Notes: a model not told the origin generated them from the letters alone. Shown: positions 1-10,400, counted from the first letter of the stretch. The stretch is 64,000 nt of DNA from Candidatus Methylacidiphilales bacterium (GCA_050329585.1 JBHJOR010000046.1:6658-70657); one strand, 5' to 3'. Translations and numbers: made by a program.

Positions 1-282
1 GCGCGTGGTTATGCGGTGGCCGAATTGATCGTCTCGCCCCATGCGGTGCTAGCTCATAAAACCTTGGCAGAAACCTCCCTGCGCGAATGGGACATCGCAG
101 TTCTGAGTATCAACCGTAATGGCCAGATTATACCCAATCCCCGGGGCGACCGCGAGTTGTTGCCCGGTGATGTTCTGTTGTGTTATGGGCGCCAGGATGC
201 GCTGCGGAACTTTTTACCGGAGACGTTGGCTGAACGCCGTAAATCGGGGCGTCCGACGAAAGAGAATGCGTCTTCGACATGA
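1..282 (+). CDS. 3' end of a gene encoding a TrkA-C (RCK C-terminal) domain protein; the 5' end lies outside the window
   Basis: The frame is open from base 1. The sequence ...DIAVLSINRNGQIIPNPRGDRELLPGDVLLCYG... looks like the TrkA_C ligand-binding fold. The stop overlaps the next start (ATGA at 279-282). Confidence 0.55.
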   Translation, partial: ARGYAVAELIVSPHAVLAHKTLAETSLREWDIAVLSINRNGQIIPNPRGDRELLPGDVLLCYGRQDALRNFLPETLAERRKSGRPTKENASST

Positions 283-1253
283 AAAAGTCGGCCGATGAAC
301 CATGGATTATAGGGGGAACGGCGATCCCATTGGGCAGCAGCCGGAATGTGCGGCTGAAAATTTCAGAAACCTATTTTGGCGATGATGTCGTCATTCACGT
401 TCGGGTGATTCGTGCCCAACGCCCCGGTCCGTCGGTCTTTGTAACCGCTGCCATCCACGGTGATGAGATCAACGGAACCGGCATTGTGCATGAACTGCTT
501 TCGCGGGGTGACCTCAAACTTTTACGCGGCACGCTCATTCTGATTCCGGTGGTGAATATTTTTGGATTTGAATCCAATAACCGCTACCTACCCGACCGGC
601 GCGATCTGAACCGCTGTTTCCCCGGTAGTCCCGGAGGCAGCATGGCGGGGCGGCTGGCCTACACACTTATTTCTGAAATCGTGGCCCGTTGTGATTATGG
701 AATCGACCTGCATACCGCCGCCATCCAGCGCACCAACTTTCCTAATATTCGGGGCGATCTTACCGATCCGGGTGTTTCTTTTTTGGCCGATGCTTTTGGC
801 GGAGAACTTATTGTTCATGGCAAGGGTCCGGAGGGTTCTTTCCGTCGGGAAGCCTGCCGTTTAGGCTGTCCTACCATCACATTGGAAGCGGGTGAACCTT
901 GGAAAATAGAAACAGAAGTCTTGGATCTTGGCGTGAAAGGGGTTCGCAATGTTCTGTCCCATCTTCTGATGCTCAAAAATGACCCTGTGGAGCCGCAACA
1001 TCGCGCCCGCATCTACAAAACGGTTTGGGTTCGGGCGGAGTTGGGCGGTATTCTGCGCTTCCATGTTAAAACCGGCGAAACGGTTAGCAAAGGAGATCCG
1101 GTGGCCTCCAACTATACGATCATGGGGCGACAGCAGAGCACTTTACGTTCTCCCATTAACGGAATCATCTTGGGAATGGCTACCATGCCTACCGTCAAGC
1201 CGGGAGAACCCATTTGCCACATCGCCCAAACATCTCTTAAACATCGAATATAA
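279..1253 (+). CDS. succinylglutamate desuccinylase/aspartoacylase (AstE/AspA, COG3608-like Zn deacylase) family protein
   Basis: Carries the motifs AAIHGDEINGTG, DLNRCFPG and DLHTA typical of the M14-like AstE/AspA family. 324 aa. Confidence 0.75.
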   Translation: MKKSADEPWIIGGTAIPLGSSRNVRLKISETYFGDDVVIHVRVIRAQRPGPSVFVTAAIHGDEINGTGIVHELLSRGDLKLLRGTLILIPVVNIFGFESNNRYLPDRRDLNRCFPGSPGGSMAGRLAYTLISEIVARCDYGIDLHTAAIQRTNFPNIRGDLTDPGVSFLADAFGGELIVHGKGPEGSFRREACRLGCPTITLEAGEPWKIETEVLDLGVKGVRNVLSHLLMLKNDPVEPQHRARIYKTVWVRAELGGILRFHVKTGETVSKGDPVASNYTIMGRQQSTLRSPINGIILGMATMPTVKPGEPICHIAQTSLKHRI

Positions 1254-1297
1254 GTAAAACTTGTATAAAGTAGTTAAATGAATAAGGTATTAGAATT

Positions 1298-2941
1298 ATG
1301 AGTCAAAGCACCGCGCCCGCTTTTTTCTATCAAGATCCTTATCCGCTTTCTGTTGATAGCACCGAGTATCGCCTGCTGAGTCGGGAAGGTGTTGAGGTGA
1401 GTGAGTTCGAGGGGCAGGAGATGCTTAAAGTGGATCCGGAAGTGCTGACACGTCTGGCCAATGAGGCGACCAAGGATATTTCCTTCATGCTGCGTCCCTC
1501 CCACCTGGCTCAAGTGGCTTCCATTTTGGAGGATCCCGAGGCCAGCGAAAATGATCGAGCGGTGGCGCTGACCCTCTTACGTAACGCGGAGGTGGCCTCG
1601 CAGGGCATTCTTCCCTTTTGCCAGGACACCGGAACCGCCACCATTGTGGCCAAAAAAGGCCAGCAGGTTTGGACTGGCGTGAATGATGCGGAGTGGCTCA
1701 GCCGTGGGATTCACAAAACCTATACCGAGGAAAACTTGCGCTATTCACAGACAGTTCCCTTGGACATGTTTACGGAGAAAAATTCAGGCACCAATCTGCC
1801 TGCACAAATCGATCTGTATGCATCGCAAGGTATGGAATATCGATTCCTCTTTGTGGCAAAAGGTGGAGGCTCGGCCAATAAAACGTTTCTTTACCAGCAA
1901 ACCAAAGCGCTTCTGAATCCAGCTAGCTTAGAGCAATTCATCGCCGAAAAAATGACCACCCTTGGCACCTCGGCATGCCCCCCTTATCACTTGGCGATTG
2001 TCATCGGTGGCACATCTGCCGAGGCCAACCTCAAAGCTGTCAAGCTGGCATCCACCCGCTACCTCGACGGGCTTCCCACCGAAGGCAATATTCATGGTCA
2101 GGCTTTTAGAGACATGGAATGGGAAAAACGGGTTCTGGAGTTGGCGCGCACCTGTGGTATTGGTGCCCAATTCGGAGGAAAATACTACGCCCTTGATGTG
2201 CGGGTCATCCGATTACCACGACATGGAGCCTCGTGCCCGGTCGGAATCGGGGTTTCCTGCTCAGCAGATCGCCAAGCCAAAGCCAAGATCACGAAGGATG
2301 GGATATTTATCGAGAAGCTTGAAGACGATCCGGGAAAATACATTCCTGAATCCTTCAAAAAGCTCACCCTGCGCGGTGTAAAAATAAACCTCCACCAGCC
2401 CATGGAAGCCATCCGGGCTGAGTTGTCGAAGTATCCGATTACCACTCGGGTTGAGTTGACCGGAACCATTGTGGTGGCCCGGGACATCGCCCATGCGGTG
2501 CTCAAAGAACGGGTGGATCGCGGAGAGGGGTTGCCCGACTACTTCAAAAACCACCCGGTCTATTATGCGGGTCCCGCAAAAACCCCAGAAGGAATGGCTT
2601 CCGGTTCGTTCGGGCCCACGACCGCAGGTCGCATGGATACTTATGTCGATTTGTTCCAGTCACTGGGGGGATCCCTGGTGATGTTGGCCAAAGGTAATCG
2701 CAGCCAGGAAGTTACCGATGCCTGTAAAAAATACGGTGGGTTTTATCTCGGATCGATTGGTGGACCTGCCGCCATTTTGGCCCGTGATCACATCCGCAAA
2801 ATTGAAGTGTTGGAATATCCGGAGCTGGGTATGGAAGCGGTTTGGAAAATCGAAGTGGAAGATTTTCCCGCCTACATTTTGGTGGACGACAAAGGGAATG
2901 ATTTTTTCAAAAACATATCCCAATGTCCCGTCGCCCACTGA
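1298..2941 (+). CDS. class I (Fe-S) fumarate hydratase, single-chain FumA/FumB type
   Basis: Has an [10 protein letters not shown] motif in the N-terminal half and GPTTAGRMD in the C-terminal half. The 547-aa length matches FumA-type enzymes. Confidence 0.9.
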   Translation: MSQSTAPAFFYQDPYPLSVDSTEYRLLSREGVEVSEFEGQEMLKVDPEVLTRLANEATKDISFMLRPSHLAQVASILEDPEASENDRAVALTLLRNAEVASQGILPFCQDTGTATIVAKKGQQVWTGVNDAEWLSRGIHKTYTEENLRYSQTVPLDMFTEKNSGTNLPAQIDLYASQGMEYRFLFVAKGGGSANKTFLYQQTKALLNPASLEQFIAEKMTTLGTSACPPYHLAIVIGGTSAEANLKAVKLASTRYLDGLPTEGNIHGQAFRDMEWEKRVLELARTCGIGAQFGGKYYALDVRVIRLPRHGASCPVGIGVSCSADRQAKAKITKDGIFIEKLEDDPGKYIPESFKKLTLRGVKINLHQPMEAIRAELSKYPITTRVELTGTIVVARDIAHAVLKERVDRGEGLPDYFKNHPVYYAGPAKTPEGMASGSFGPTTAGRMDTYVDLFQSLGGSLVMLAKGNRSQEVTDACKKYGGFYLGSIGGPAAILARDHIRKIEVLEYPELGMEAVWKIEVEDFPAYILVDDKGNDFFKNISQCPVAH

Positions 2942-2951
2942 CGCGGAAGGT

Positions 2952-4790
2952 TCAGAGTCTGCAAATGAGCAGCTCACGCTCGTAAACCATTTCTTTGGGC
3001 AGGTGCTCGTGCAGCTTGAGGAAGAGTGCTTCGTGTTGTAGAGTTTTTTCCTTCCAGATCCGGCGGTCGAAGTGCATCAGTTCACTCCATTGTTCCTCGG
3101 TGAAGTCGAGCCCGGTGAAGTCGATGTCCTCGTAGCGCGGCATCAAGCCGAGCGCGGTTTCAGTTGCCGCGCTTTGACCGTTGACACGATCCACCACCCA
3201 TCGAAGGATGCGCATATTCTCTCCAAATCCGGGCCAGAGGAAAGATCCATCGGCGGATTTGCGGAACCAGTTGACGTGGAAAATGCGGGGCACTTCCCTG
3301 AGCCTCTTGCCCATCTTGATCCAATGTCGGAAGTAATCGCCCATGTGGTATCCGCAGAACGGGAGCATAGCAAAGGGGTCCCGGCGAACCTCCCCGATTT
3401 TACCGAATGCGGCAGCGGTGGTTTCCGATCCCATGGTAGCGCCGAGATAGATACCGTGGGTCCAGTTGTAGGCCTGAAACACCAGAGGCACGTGTTGCAT
3501 GCGTCGGCCTCCGAAAATGAACGCACTGATGAGCACGCCTTTGGGATCTTCCCAAGCGGGATCGAGGCTAGGGCAGTTGCGTGCAGGGGCAGTGAAGCGG
3601 GCATTGGGGTGGGCGGCAGGATATCCGCTCTGGGGTGTCCATGATTGACCCTTCCAATCGATGAGCGTGCCGCAGGGGGGTTGAGGAGTCTTGTCTTCCC
3701 ACCAGACGTCGCCATCTTCGGTCAGGGCGCAATTGGTAAAGAGGGTGTCCCGGGCGCAGCTGGCCATGGCATTGGGATTGGATGCCTCATTGGTGCCGGG
3801 AGCTACACCAAAATAACCGGCTTCCGGATTGATGGCATACAGCCGTCCATCATCTCCCGGTTTGATCCAAGCGATATCGTCACCGATGGTGCTGACTTTC
3901 CATCCTTGTTCCTTAAAATGGGCGGGCGGGATAAGCATGGCAAAGTTGGTTTTGCCGCAGGCACTGGGAAAGGCGGCGGCCACGTAGGTTTTTTGTTTGC
4001 TTGGGGACTCGACTCCCAGAATGAGCATGTGTTCAGCCATCCATCCTTCATCGCGCGCCATGCAGGAGGCGATGCGCAGGGCGAAGCATTTTTTCCCCAA
4101 GAGTGCGTTGCCACCATAACCGGAACCATACGACCAAATTTCACGGGTTTCCGGGAAGTGGACGATGTATTTGGTGTCGGGGTTGCACGGCCATGAGCTG
4201 TCGGCCTGGCCCGGGGAGAGCGGTGCGCCTACGCTGTGCACGCAAGGAACGATAAAACGGTCGGTTCTGTCAATTTCATCAAGCACCCGCTGGCCCATCC
4301 GGGTCATAATGCGCATGTTGACCACCACGTAGGGTGAGTCAGTTAATTCAACACCAATGTGGGAGATGGGCGAGCCGATGGGGCCCATGCTGAAGGGAAT
4401 GACGTAGAGGGTGCGACCGCGCATGCAGCTACTGAAAAGATCCTTGAGAATGCGGCGCATCTCCCGGGGTTCCATCCAGTTGTTGGTCGGTCCCGCCTCG
4501 TCCTCGCTGCGGCTGCAAATGAAGGTGCGATCTTCTACTCGAGCCACGTCGCTGGGGTCGGAACGAAACAAATAGGAATTGGGCCGCAGGGATTCATTGA
4601 GTCGAACCGCCATACCGGAGGACACCATTTCTGCCATCAGATTCTGGTATTCTTCTTCGGAACCATCACACCAATGAATGCGTTCGGGGCGGGTTTGTGA
4701 GGCGATTTTTTCGACCCATTTGATAAGTGACTGACTGTTGGTCTTGCCGTTACCGGTAGAGGGTATGGTGGATTCGAGTGAAGTGGTCAT
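2952..4790 (-). CDS. pckG: phosphoenolpyruvate carboxykinase (GTP)
   Basis: 612 aa with the [21 protein letters not shown] and FPSACGKTN kinase motifs characteristic of GTP-dependent PEPCK. Confidence 0.95.
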   Translation of the reverse strand: MTTSLESTIPSTGNGKTNSQSLIKWVEKIASQTRPERIHWCDGSEEEYQNLMAEMVSSGMAVRLNESLRPNSYLFRSDPSDVARVEDRTFICSRSEDEAGPTNNWMEPREMRRILKDLFSSCMRGRTLYVIPFSMGPIGSPISHIGVELTDSPYVVVNMRIMTRMGQRVLDEIDRTDRFIVPCVHSVGAPLSPGQADSSWPCNPDTKYIVHFPETREIWSYGSGYGGNALLGKKCFALRIASCMARDEGWMAEHMLILGVESPSKQKTYVAAAFPSACGKTNFAMLIPPAHFKEQGWKVSTIGDDIAWIKPGDDGRLYAINPEAGYFGVAPGTNEASNPNAMASCARDTLFTNCALTEDGDVWWEDKTPQPPCGTLIDWKGQSWTPQSGYPAAHPNARFTAPARNCPSLDPAWEDPKGVLISAFIFGGRRMQHVPLVFQAYNWTHGIYLGATMGSETTAAAFGKIGEVRRDPFAMLPFCGYHMGDYFRHWIKMGKRLREVPRIFHVNWFRKSADGSFLWPGFGENMRILRWVVDRVNGQSAATETALGLMPRYEDIDFTGLDFTEEQWSELMHFDRRIWKEKTLQHEALFLKLHEHLPKEMVYERELLICRL

Positions 4791-4821
4791 GATTGAAAAC
4801 TCAGTTAGAGATTAAAATGGA

Positions 4822-6363
4822 TCAAGCGGCAGGTGAGGATTCGCGCTCGATGCGCGGGTAGAGCGGCTCAGGGGTTCCAACCGTGACTCCGTCGAAGCCG
4901 GAGGGCCATGTAACGCTGGATTCATGTGGCAAGAAATCACGGACGTTAAGCTGGCGGAGAATGCCGGAGGCGGAGTCGATCAGCAGCGGGGACAACTCGC
5001 CGGCCAGTAGCCAAAGAGAAGCCGCCATGTGATGCAAGACCGTATCGAGTCGTGCGGAAGATGCGGGATCCTTAGCCAGCTTCCAAGGCGCTGATGCTTC
5101 GATATATTGGTTAGCCCGCGTAATAGCTTTCCAAAGCTCGGTCAAGGCCAGATGGATTTGCCATTGATCCATTAATTCCCGGTAAGTGGAAATGGAACTC
5201 ATCAAATCGTCCCGTAAGGATTCCTCGGCGGGGTCCAAGCCGTGACAGACAGGCACCACGCCCTCCCGGTAACGACCGATCATCGAAATGGTGCGGTTCA
5301 ACAGATTGCCAAGGTTATTTCCCAGTTCAGATTGGTAGCGCTGGTGGAAAGAATCGGCTGAGAAGTCGGCATCTTGCCCGAGCGCCATCTCCCGCATCAC
5401 ATAATACCGGAAGGCATCGCGCCCATAAACTTCCATCAGAGCGAGTGGGTCGATCACATTGCCAGTGGATTTACTCATTACCGTATGGTTGAGTGTCCAG
5501 AAGCCGTGCACCAAAAGACGACGTGGCAACGGGAGGTCGGCGGCCATCAGCATGATCGGCCAATAGATGGCGTGCGCTGGCACCATGATATCTTTGCCAA
5601 TGACATGCAGAGCGGGCCACCAGTGATTCAGCCCCCCGCCAGTTTGTTCCACTACGGAAATGTAGTTAATCAGGGCGTCAAACCACACATACGTCACTTG
5701 GGTCTCGTCAAAAGGTAGCGGAATGCCCCAGCTCAGCCTTGAAACCGGCCGGGAAATACACAAATCGGGAATCGGTTTATCCAGTGCCCCCAGAACCTCC
5801 CGCACTCGAAACGAGGGAAAAATCCAATCGGGATGGTCGCGCAGAAAGTCCAGCAACGGCTGTTGGTATTTAGAAAGGCGGAAATAATAGACTTTCTCTG
5901 AAAGGCGAATGACGTCGCCGTAAACTTCGGGCCAAGCACCATTGACTTGATCGGCTTCGGTCAAAAACTGTTCCTGTTTGGCACTGTAGTATCCCTCGTA
6001 GGTTCCTTCGTAAATATCCCCTGAGGCGTGAAGTTGGCTCAGTATGCGCCGCACCACTTCCTTATGGCGTGGCTCGGTAGTGCGAACAAAATCATCGTAA
6101 GAGATACCCAGTTGGTCATAAAGAGCACGAAAGTGGGCTGCATTTTCATCAGCCAGGTCTTGGGGGGCACGGCCCGCTTTCTCTGCAGACTGTTGAACTT
6201 TCATGCCGTGCTCATCCACCCCAGTGAGAAAAAACACTTCCTGACCCTTCCGTCGGGCATAACGGGCTAGCATATCGGTAAGCACTTTTTCGTATGCATG
6301 GCCGAGATGGGGTCGCCCGTTAACATAGTCGATAGCGGTAGTGATGAATAAGCGGGTGGACAT
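4822..6363 (-). CDS. metG: methionine--tRNA ligase
   Basis: Has the class I HIGH-type motif (PHLGHAYE) and the KMSKS-type motif (VMSKSTGN), with the overall MetRS layout. Confidence 0.95.
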   Translation of the reverse strand: MSTRLFITTAIDYVNGRPHLGHAYEKVLTDMLARYARRKGQEVFFLTGVDEHGMKVQQSAEKAGRAPQDLADENAAHFRALYDQLGISYDDFVRTTEPRHKEVVRRILSQLHASGDIYEGTYEGYYSAKQEQFLTEADQVNGAWPEVYGDVIRLSEKVYYFRLSKYQQPLLDFLRDHPDWIFPSFRVREVLGALDKPIPDLCISRPVSRLSWGIPLPFDETQVTYVWFDALINYISVVEQTGGGLNHWWPALHVIGKDIMVPAHAIYWPIMLMAADLPLPRRLLVHGFWTLNHTVMSKSTGNVIDPLALMEVYGRDAFRYYVMREMALGQDADFSADSFHQRYQSELGNNLGNLLNRTISMIGRYREGVVPVCHGLDPAEESLRDDLMSSISTYRELMDQWQIHLALTELWKAITRANQYIEASAPWKLAKDPASSARLDTVLHHMAASLWLLAGELSPLLIDSASGILRQLNVRDFLPHESSVTWPSGFDGVTVGTPEPLYPRIERESSPAA

Positions 6364-6540
6364 GTGTCAGACATTAAACCAGCCCGGACGGGAAGCGCAA
6401 CGTGCTAAATGGATCACTTTTGATCCGCTTCAAGTCTGGTCGAAGCCTGCCCCCTAAAAAAGGGAGTTGTCATCAAGCGGCGGGCTACGGACTGAGCAAG
6501 TTCATTGACATGGATCATGTAGATCTTTATTAATCATTTT

Positions 6541-7062
6541 ATGAAATTACCGATCGTGTTTTGGGCTTGGAGTATGCTGCTCGCGATCCTTGTCATTCCG
6601 GGATGGGCACAGGTCGATCAGCTCAAATGGTCGGTGGTCATTGAAAAAGACCGGGATAGGAAAAAAATGGAATCGGCCAAACTTGGAGAAGGCAAAGAAA
6701 CCATCCAAACCTACGATTACACATTGGAAGTAGATAATTCATGGGGAGAAGCGGTTTCCGGAATCACGGCGACGTTGACAGTTGTAGCTCAAGTTTATGA
6801 TTGGAAGAAAGAAAACACCTTTAAGATTATTTCCACACAGATCAAAAAGGATGTTTCTGTCGGAGCGGGGCAAAAACTTTCTATCGATTTTGATCCTGTA
6901 GTGATCAGGAAAACGCTGAGCAAACAAGGCAATACCAACTGGAAATCGGGCCATGAAATGGCCGGTTATCTGGTCAAAGTGGAACACCAAGGTAAAGAAA
7001 TTTTTACTGACTCGAAAGGTGGAAAAGCGGTTCGTGACGCCATTCATGGGGCGAAGCAATGA
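6541..7062 (+). CDS. hypothetical secreted protein
   Basis: N-terminal signal-like segment MKLPIVFWAWSMLLAILVIPGWAQ. No recognisable family. The gene is lower in GC than its neighbours. Confidence 0.5.
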   Translation: MKLPIVFWAWSMLLAILVIPGWAQVDQLKWSVVIEKDRDRKKMESAKLGEGKETIQTYDYTLEVDNSWGEAVSGITATLTVVAQVYDWKKENTFKIISTQIKKDVSVGAGQKLSIDFDPVVIRKTLSKQGNTNWKSGHEMAGYLVKVEHQGKEIFTDSKGGKAVRDAIHGAKQ

Positions 7063-7089
7063 ATCCTATACATAAAATCTTGGCTTGGA

Positions 7090-7935
7090 GTGTCACTCAG
7101 TCTTCGGAGGGTGGTGGTTGGCGACGTTCGTGGATTCGTAAAGGCATGCATGAATGCCACATGTGAACTTACGGAACAAGACGTCCGTGCCATGGTGCGG
7201 CTCTTGGGTGAGGTGGCCTCGCTCCAGGCCGACCATGCCACGTGTAAACGCGAGCTAATGAACGGCCTGTGCCGCTTGATTCAAGGGGATTGTTGGGTGT
7301 GGGCGCTCATGTGCCAGCCCGGCGACGGTCGTCCCCAAGTGTACACCAGCATGTTGCACGATGGTTTCGACTCCGATCGCTTGAACCGTCTTATGGAGGC
7401 GAACGATCATCCGGAGATGAGCTGGGTGGCGAGGCGTTTTTTTGAAGAACTCCAGCAACGGGGAAAACACATCACCCGCGCACGGCATCAAATCATTTCC
7501 GATGACGACTTCTCCCGGACCCAGGCTTTTGAGGGGTGGACCCGGGCTGATATCGGATCGCTTATACTGTCGATGGTTCCGCTTGAGGGCGAATCGGGCA
7601 GCTTCGTGGGGATTTACCGCCGCTCTCAGGCACCTGCCTTTACCGAGCGTGAGTGCCGCATCGCCCACATTGTATTGAGTGAAGTAACGTGGTTGCACGG
7701 TCAAGGATGGCCTGAGGATCGTGGAGTTACGGTGCCCCAACTCTCCCCGCGCCAGCGCAACGTGCTCAACTGGCTCATCATGGGCTACGACCGCAAGAAA
7801 ATTGCCGACCTCATGGGCATCTCACCCAACACCGTGGCGGGTTACACCAAAGAGATCTACCGGCATTTTGGTGTCAACACCCAGGCCGCCCTCCAAGCCC
7901 GCTTTTTCAGCGGCGACGGCGGCGACCGCATTTGA
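7090..7935 (+). CDS. LuxR-family transcriptional regulator with an uncharacterised N-terminal domain and a C-terminal HTH
   Basis: C-terminal LSPRQRNVLNWLIMGYDRKKIADLMGISPNTVAGYTKEIYRHFGV is a GerE/LuxR HTH. The ORF opens with GTG at 7090; an alternative ATG lies at 7150. Confidence 0.8.
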   Translation: MSLSLRRVVVGDVRGFVKACMNATCELTEQDVRAMVRLLGEVASLQADHATCKRELMNGLCRLIQGDCWVWALMCQPGDGRPQVYTSMLHDGFDSDRLNRLMEANDHPEMSWVARRFFEELQQRGKHITRARHQIISDDDFSRTQAFEGWTRADIGSLILSMVPLEGESGSFVGIYRRSQAPAFTERECRIAHIVLSEVTWLHGQGWPEDRGVTVPQLSPRQRNVLNWLIMGYDRKKIADLMGISPNTVAGYTKEIYRHFGVNTQAALQARFFSGDGGDRI

Positions 7936-8039
7936 TTCCGTTCAAACCCGCACAGATGGATTCATCTAACGTCTACAAGTCCCTACCAAGCACCGCGACA
8001 GCCCATGAGTTCCCTTGGTCTTTTGCCTGCTGATAGAAC

Positions 8040-8261
8040 TAGGGTCGAGCATGTGCGTATGTCGCCCATGACTCTTTGTCTTTTCGACAGGAATTAAATA
8101 AAAAGAAGATTCTGCTGCGCGGCTTGAGCAGGTTGAAGGAGGTGGATTGTGGGGTCTGGAGCCTGATGTGCCGGCCTGGCATGAGGAAGCAGCGAGTGTG
8201 CATATATTCGGCTCAACTGGATTTACGAACCAAACTACAGCCCCACCGTTACACAGAATAA
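8040..8261 (+). pseudogene. decayed fragment related to the N-terminal domain of the adjacent LuxR-family regulator
   Basis: KKKILLRGLSRLKEVDCGVWSLMCRPGMRKQRVCIYSAQL aligns by eye with CKRELMNGLCRLIQGDCWVWALMCQPGDGRPQVYTSML of the 7090-7935 protein. It is truncated by stops on both sides. Confidence 0.3.
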
Positions 8262-8282
8262 TCTTTGACATCAGAGGCTTAA

Positions 8283-8600
8283 TTGCGTTGTTTTCTGCAC
8301 ATGGGAGATAGGAACACCTTTGTGGGTGATGAAGATGTCGGGTCGATTTTCAGGCTGCTGGGTAACGTGGCGGGTTTTACTGCCGCATCCGCGATTACCA
8401 ATACGAGCACTTTGGGCTTCATCATTTCGGGCGGAATCTCCTTGATGCCGGCTACTACGAGCTGAGGCTCCCCGAATTCGGCTCTGGCGTCCCCGGGACG
8501 CCTCAGGTCGTTGGTGTGGAATTGACCTTGAGGTATTGAAAAAACGGAAAATGTTTAACCACGGATGGAACCTGATAGGGCAGGATTTTTTAAACAAGGC
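8283..8600 (+). pseudogene. second decayed fragment of a LuxR-family N-terminal domain, apparently frameshifted
   Basis: DVGSIFRLLGNVAGF resembles DVRAMVRLLGEVASL of the intact gene. Weak continuation appears in other frames (VPGTPQVV..., MFNHGW...). This is eye alignment only. Confidence 0.22.
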
Positions 8601-8709
8601 AATGGTTCCTACAGCAGGGGATATAGAGTCTCACCGGCAGCCTGGCGTTCTCAATTCAGCAGAAGAGTCTTCCAAAAAATATCCTGCCGCCCATCCGCGA
8701 AATCCGTGG

Positions 8710-9285
8710 TTAATTTTCCACTTCCTGCCGGAGTTTCTCAAAGCGCGGCAGGGCTTCCGTGTCTACCTTGAGTTCCAGAAGAGGGGTCAGTTCTTTTTGG
8801 ATTAGCTTGAAATTGAGCTTGTTCCCTTGAGTGACCAGAATTCCGCGAACATCCACCCAGTCGATATCTCTTCCGGCGAAGACTTTGTGAATAATGAGAT
8901 CCTCCGCAGAGCAGGTGCGCAGGTGATATCGTGAGGATAAATCCCAAATGGAACTTCTTTGTATAGAATGTTCCTCAAAAGGGAGTGCTCCCATGGCGAT
9001 ATCGAGAGGAACGCCGGTTTTGGTGCGAACGGTGAGAACCCGATATTTTAGAGCAAATTCGCGGGCCTCATCGCGTCGCGGAATGAACTCCTCAAGCAAA
9101 GGATCAATAAATTTCTCTTCCTCGCCGAATCCGGTAAGCAGAGTGAGATCAGCATCTTGAGTGGCACGAACCTGCCCCCAGCGTTGCACCGCCAATCCCC
9201 CGATGAGGCAACATCTCCATCCACGGCCCTCGCAAAATGTCTGGAGATCAAAAGCAGCCTCTAAAATACGGCTCTCTATTTCCAT
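8710..9285 (-). CDS. nucleotidyltransferase-fold protein (minimal NTase, TA/abortive-infection-like)
   Basis: CLIGGLAVQRWGQVRATQDADLTL fits the G[GS]-x(n)-DxD NTase signature. The likely start is the internal Met (MEIESRIL) at 9285, overlapping the upstream small ORF by 10 nt. Confidence 0.55.
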   Translation of the reverse strand: MEIESRILEAAFDLQTFCEGRGWRCCLIGGLAVQRWGQVRATQDADLTLLTGFGEEEKFIDPLLEEFIPRRDEAREFALKYRVLTVRTKTGVPLDIAMGALPFEEHSIQRSSIWDLSSRYHLRTCSAEDLIIHKVFAGRDIDWVDVRGILVTQGNKLNFKLIQKELTPLLELKVDTEALPRFEKLRQEVEN

Positions 9286-9509
9286 GCTCGTGAGAAGATT
9301 CGCTGTTGGATAACCAGGCCGGATTCGTCTTCGGGACGGCCCAAGTGGCAAGGTTTTACGTTTCCCGGCAGTGAAAGAACATCCATGACCGCTTGCGACC
9401 GTTGCTGATCGGTCATTGAGCGCATCTCCTGATCGCGGAACACTTGCAATGCGGGGCCTGCCGCCTTCCAGTTTTCCACTATCAGCTGGTTTTTTTCCTC
9501 ATCGGTCAT
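9276..9509 (-). CDS. small hypothetical protein (77 aa), probably translationally coupled to the downstream NTase-fold gene
   Basis: The ORF overlaps the start of the NTase gene. No family recognised. Confidence 0.45.
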   Translation of the reverse strand: MTDEEKNQLIVENWKAAGPALQVFRDQEMRSMTDQQRSQAVMDVLSLPGNVKPCHLGRPEDESGLVIQQRIFSRAWK

Positions 9510-9828
9510 TCATAGAGTCTGGCAGATTAAATCAGCCGGGCGAGGTGAAATATGATCATCGAAGTCCGCTGTGCCGAATATCCTGTCGCCCATCCGTGCC
9601 ATTTCCGGCCAATTTCCACGTCCCTCTTTCTGATTGCGATAAGATTATTTGTGCTTAAGCGGCTCCTGCTGTCCCCCCCCCAATTGGGGGAATTGCGCGG
9701 CCTTAATCTTTTAGTCATAAGTATTGAACATCACCGCATTCACCGAGCTGATCTTTCTGCCCGGGCGAGAATTCAGTCGCTGAAAACCGTTGATCCAAAA
9801 AGATTAAGCAACAACCCGAACCAAAGAT

Positions 9829-10086
9829 ATGGATGTTTCAGAAAACCACGGCCCACCCGCGTGTCATCACGACGAGCGAGCGATCGCCCACCTGACGACC
9901 CAGGAGTGTGAGGTCTATGCATGGTTGATCCAAGGCAAGACCAATCCGGAAATTGCTACCATCCTGAATATCTCCACCCGCACCGTGGAGAAACACCTTG
10001 AAAACATCCTGACAAAAATGCGGGTGGAAAACCGTATGCAGTTGCTGGTCCAGGCCATGCTCAAGCGTACTGAAAGCCCATCATGA
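9829..10086 (+). CDS. stand-alone LuxR/GerE-type HTH protein (85 aa)
   Basis: LTTQECEVYAWLIQGKTNPEIATILNISTRTVEKHLENILTKMRV is a canonical LuxR-type HTH. There is no receiver or ligand domain. Confidence 0.7.
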   Translation: MDVSENHGPPACHHDERAIAHLTTQECEVYAWLIQGKTNPEIATILNISTRTVEKHLENILTKMRVENRMQLLVQAMLKRTESPS

Positions 10087-10400
10087 TTACTAAAAGAAGC
10101 ACTCACAGGCTCATGCCCATCGTAGTGGGAATGGTGCTGGCCATGGAGCCATGGGCGCATGGAGCGCTTAGCCATTCTGCGGTGAAGTCGGAGAACCTGT
10201 GGCAACGCGGCTTGTGGGGAGTAGAATCGATGTTTCCGTGGTGGGTGGAGACACTATTGTATTGTTTAGTCTGTGGAATAGCCCTGATGATCATCGTCTG
10301 GCTCCTCCCGTCCGCACCATCGCGACGGGTTCGCCACGGTCTTCATGGTTATCATTCAGTCCGGGGCCAATCTGGTTCCTATAGAAACCGAAAAAAATAA
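10083..10400 (+). CDS. hypothetical small membrane protein
   Basis: ATGA overlap with the preceding HTH gene. One clear hydrophobic helix (VETLLYCLVCGIALMIIVWLL). Confidence 0.35.
   Translation: MITKRSTHRLMPIVVGMVLAMEPWAHGALSHSAVKSENLWQRGLWGVESMFPWWVETLLYCLVCGIALMIIVWLLPSAPSRRVRHGLHGYHSVRGQSGSYRNRKK

Noticed and set aside
9673-9690. The C9-AATT-G5 palindrome as a terminator or operator.
   Set aside because: The perfect palindrome is only 14 nt, there is no adjacent U-tract in either orientation, and no gene ends next to it. This is too little to assign a function.
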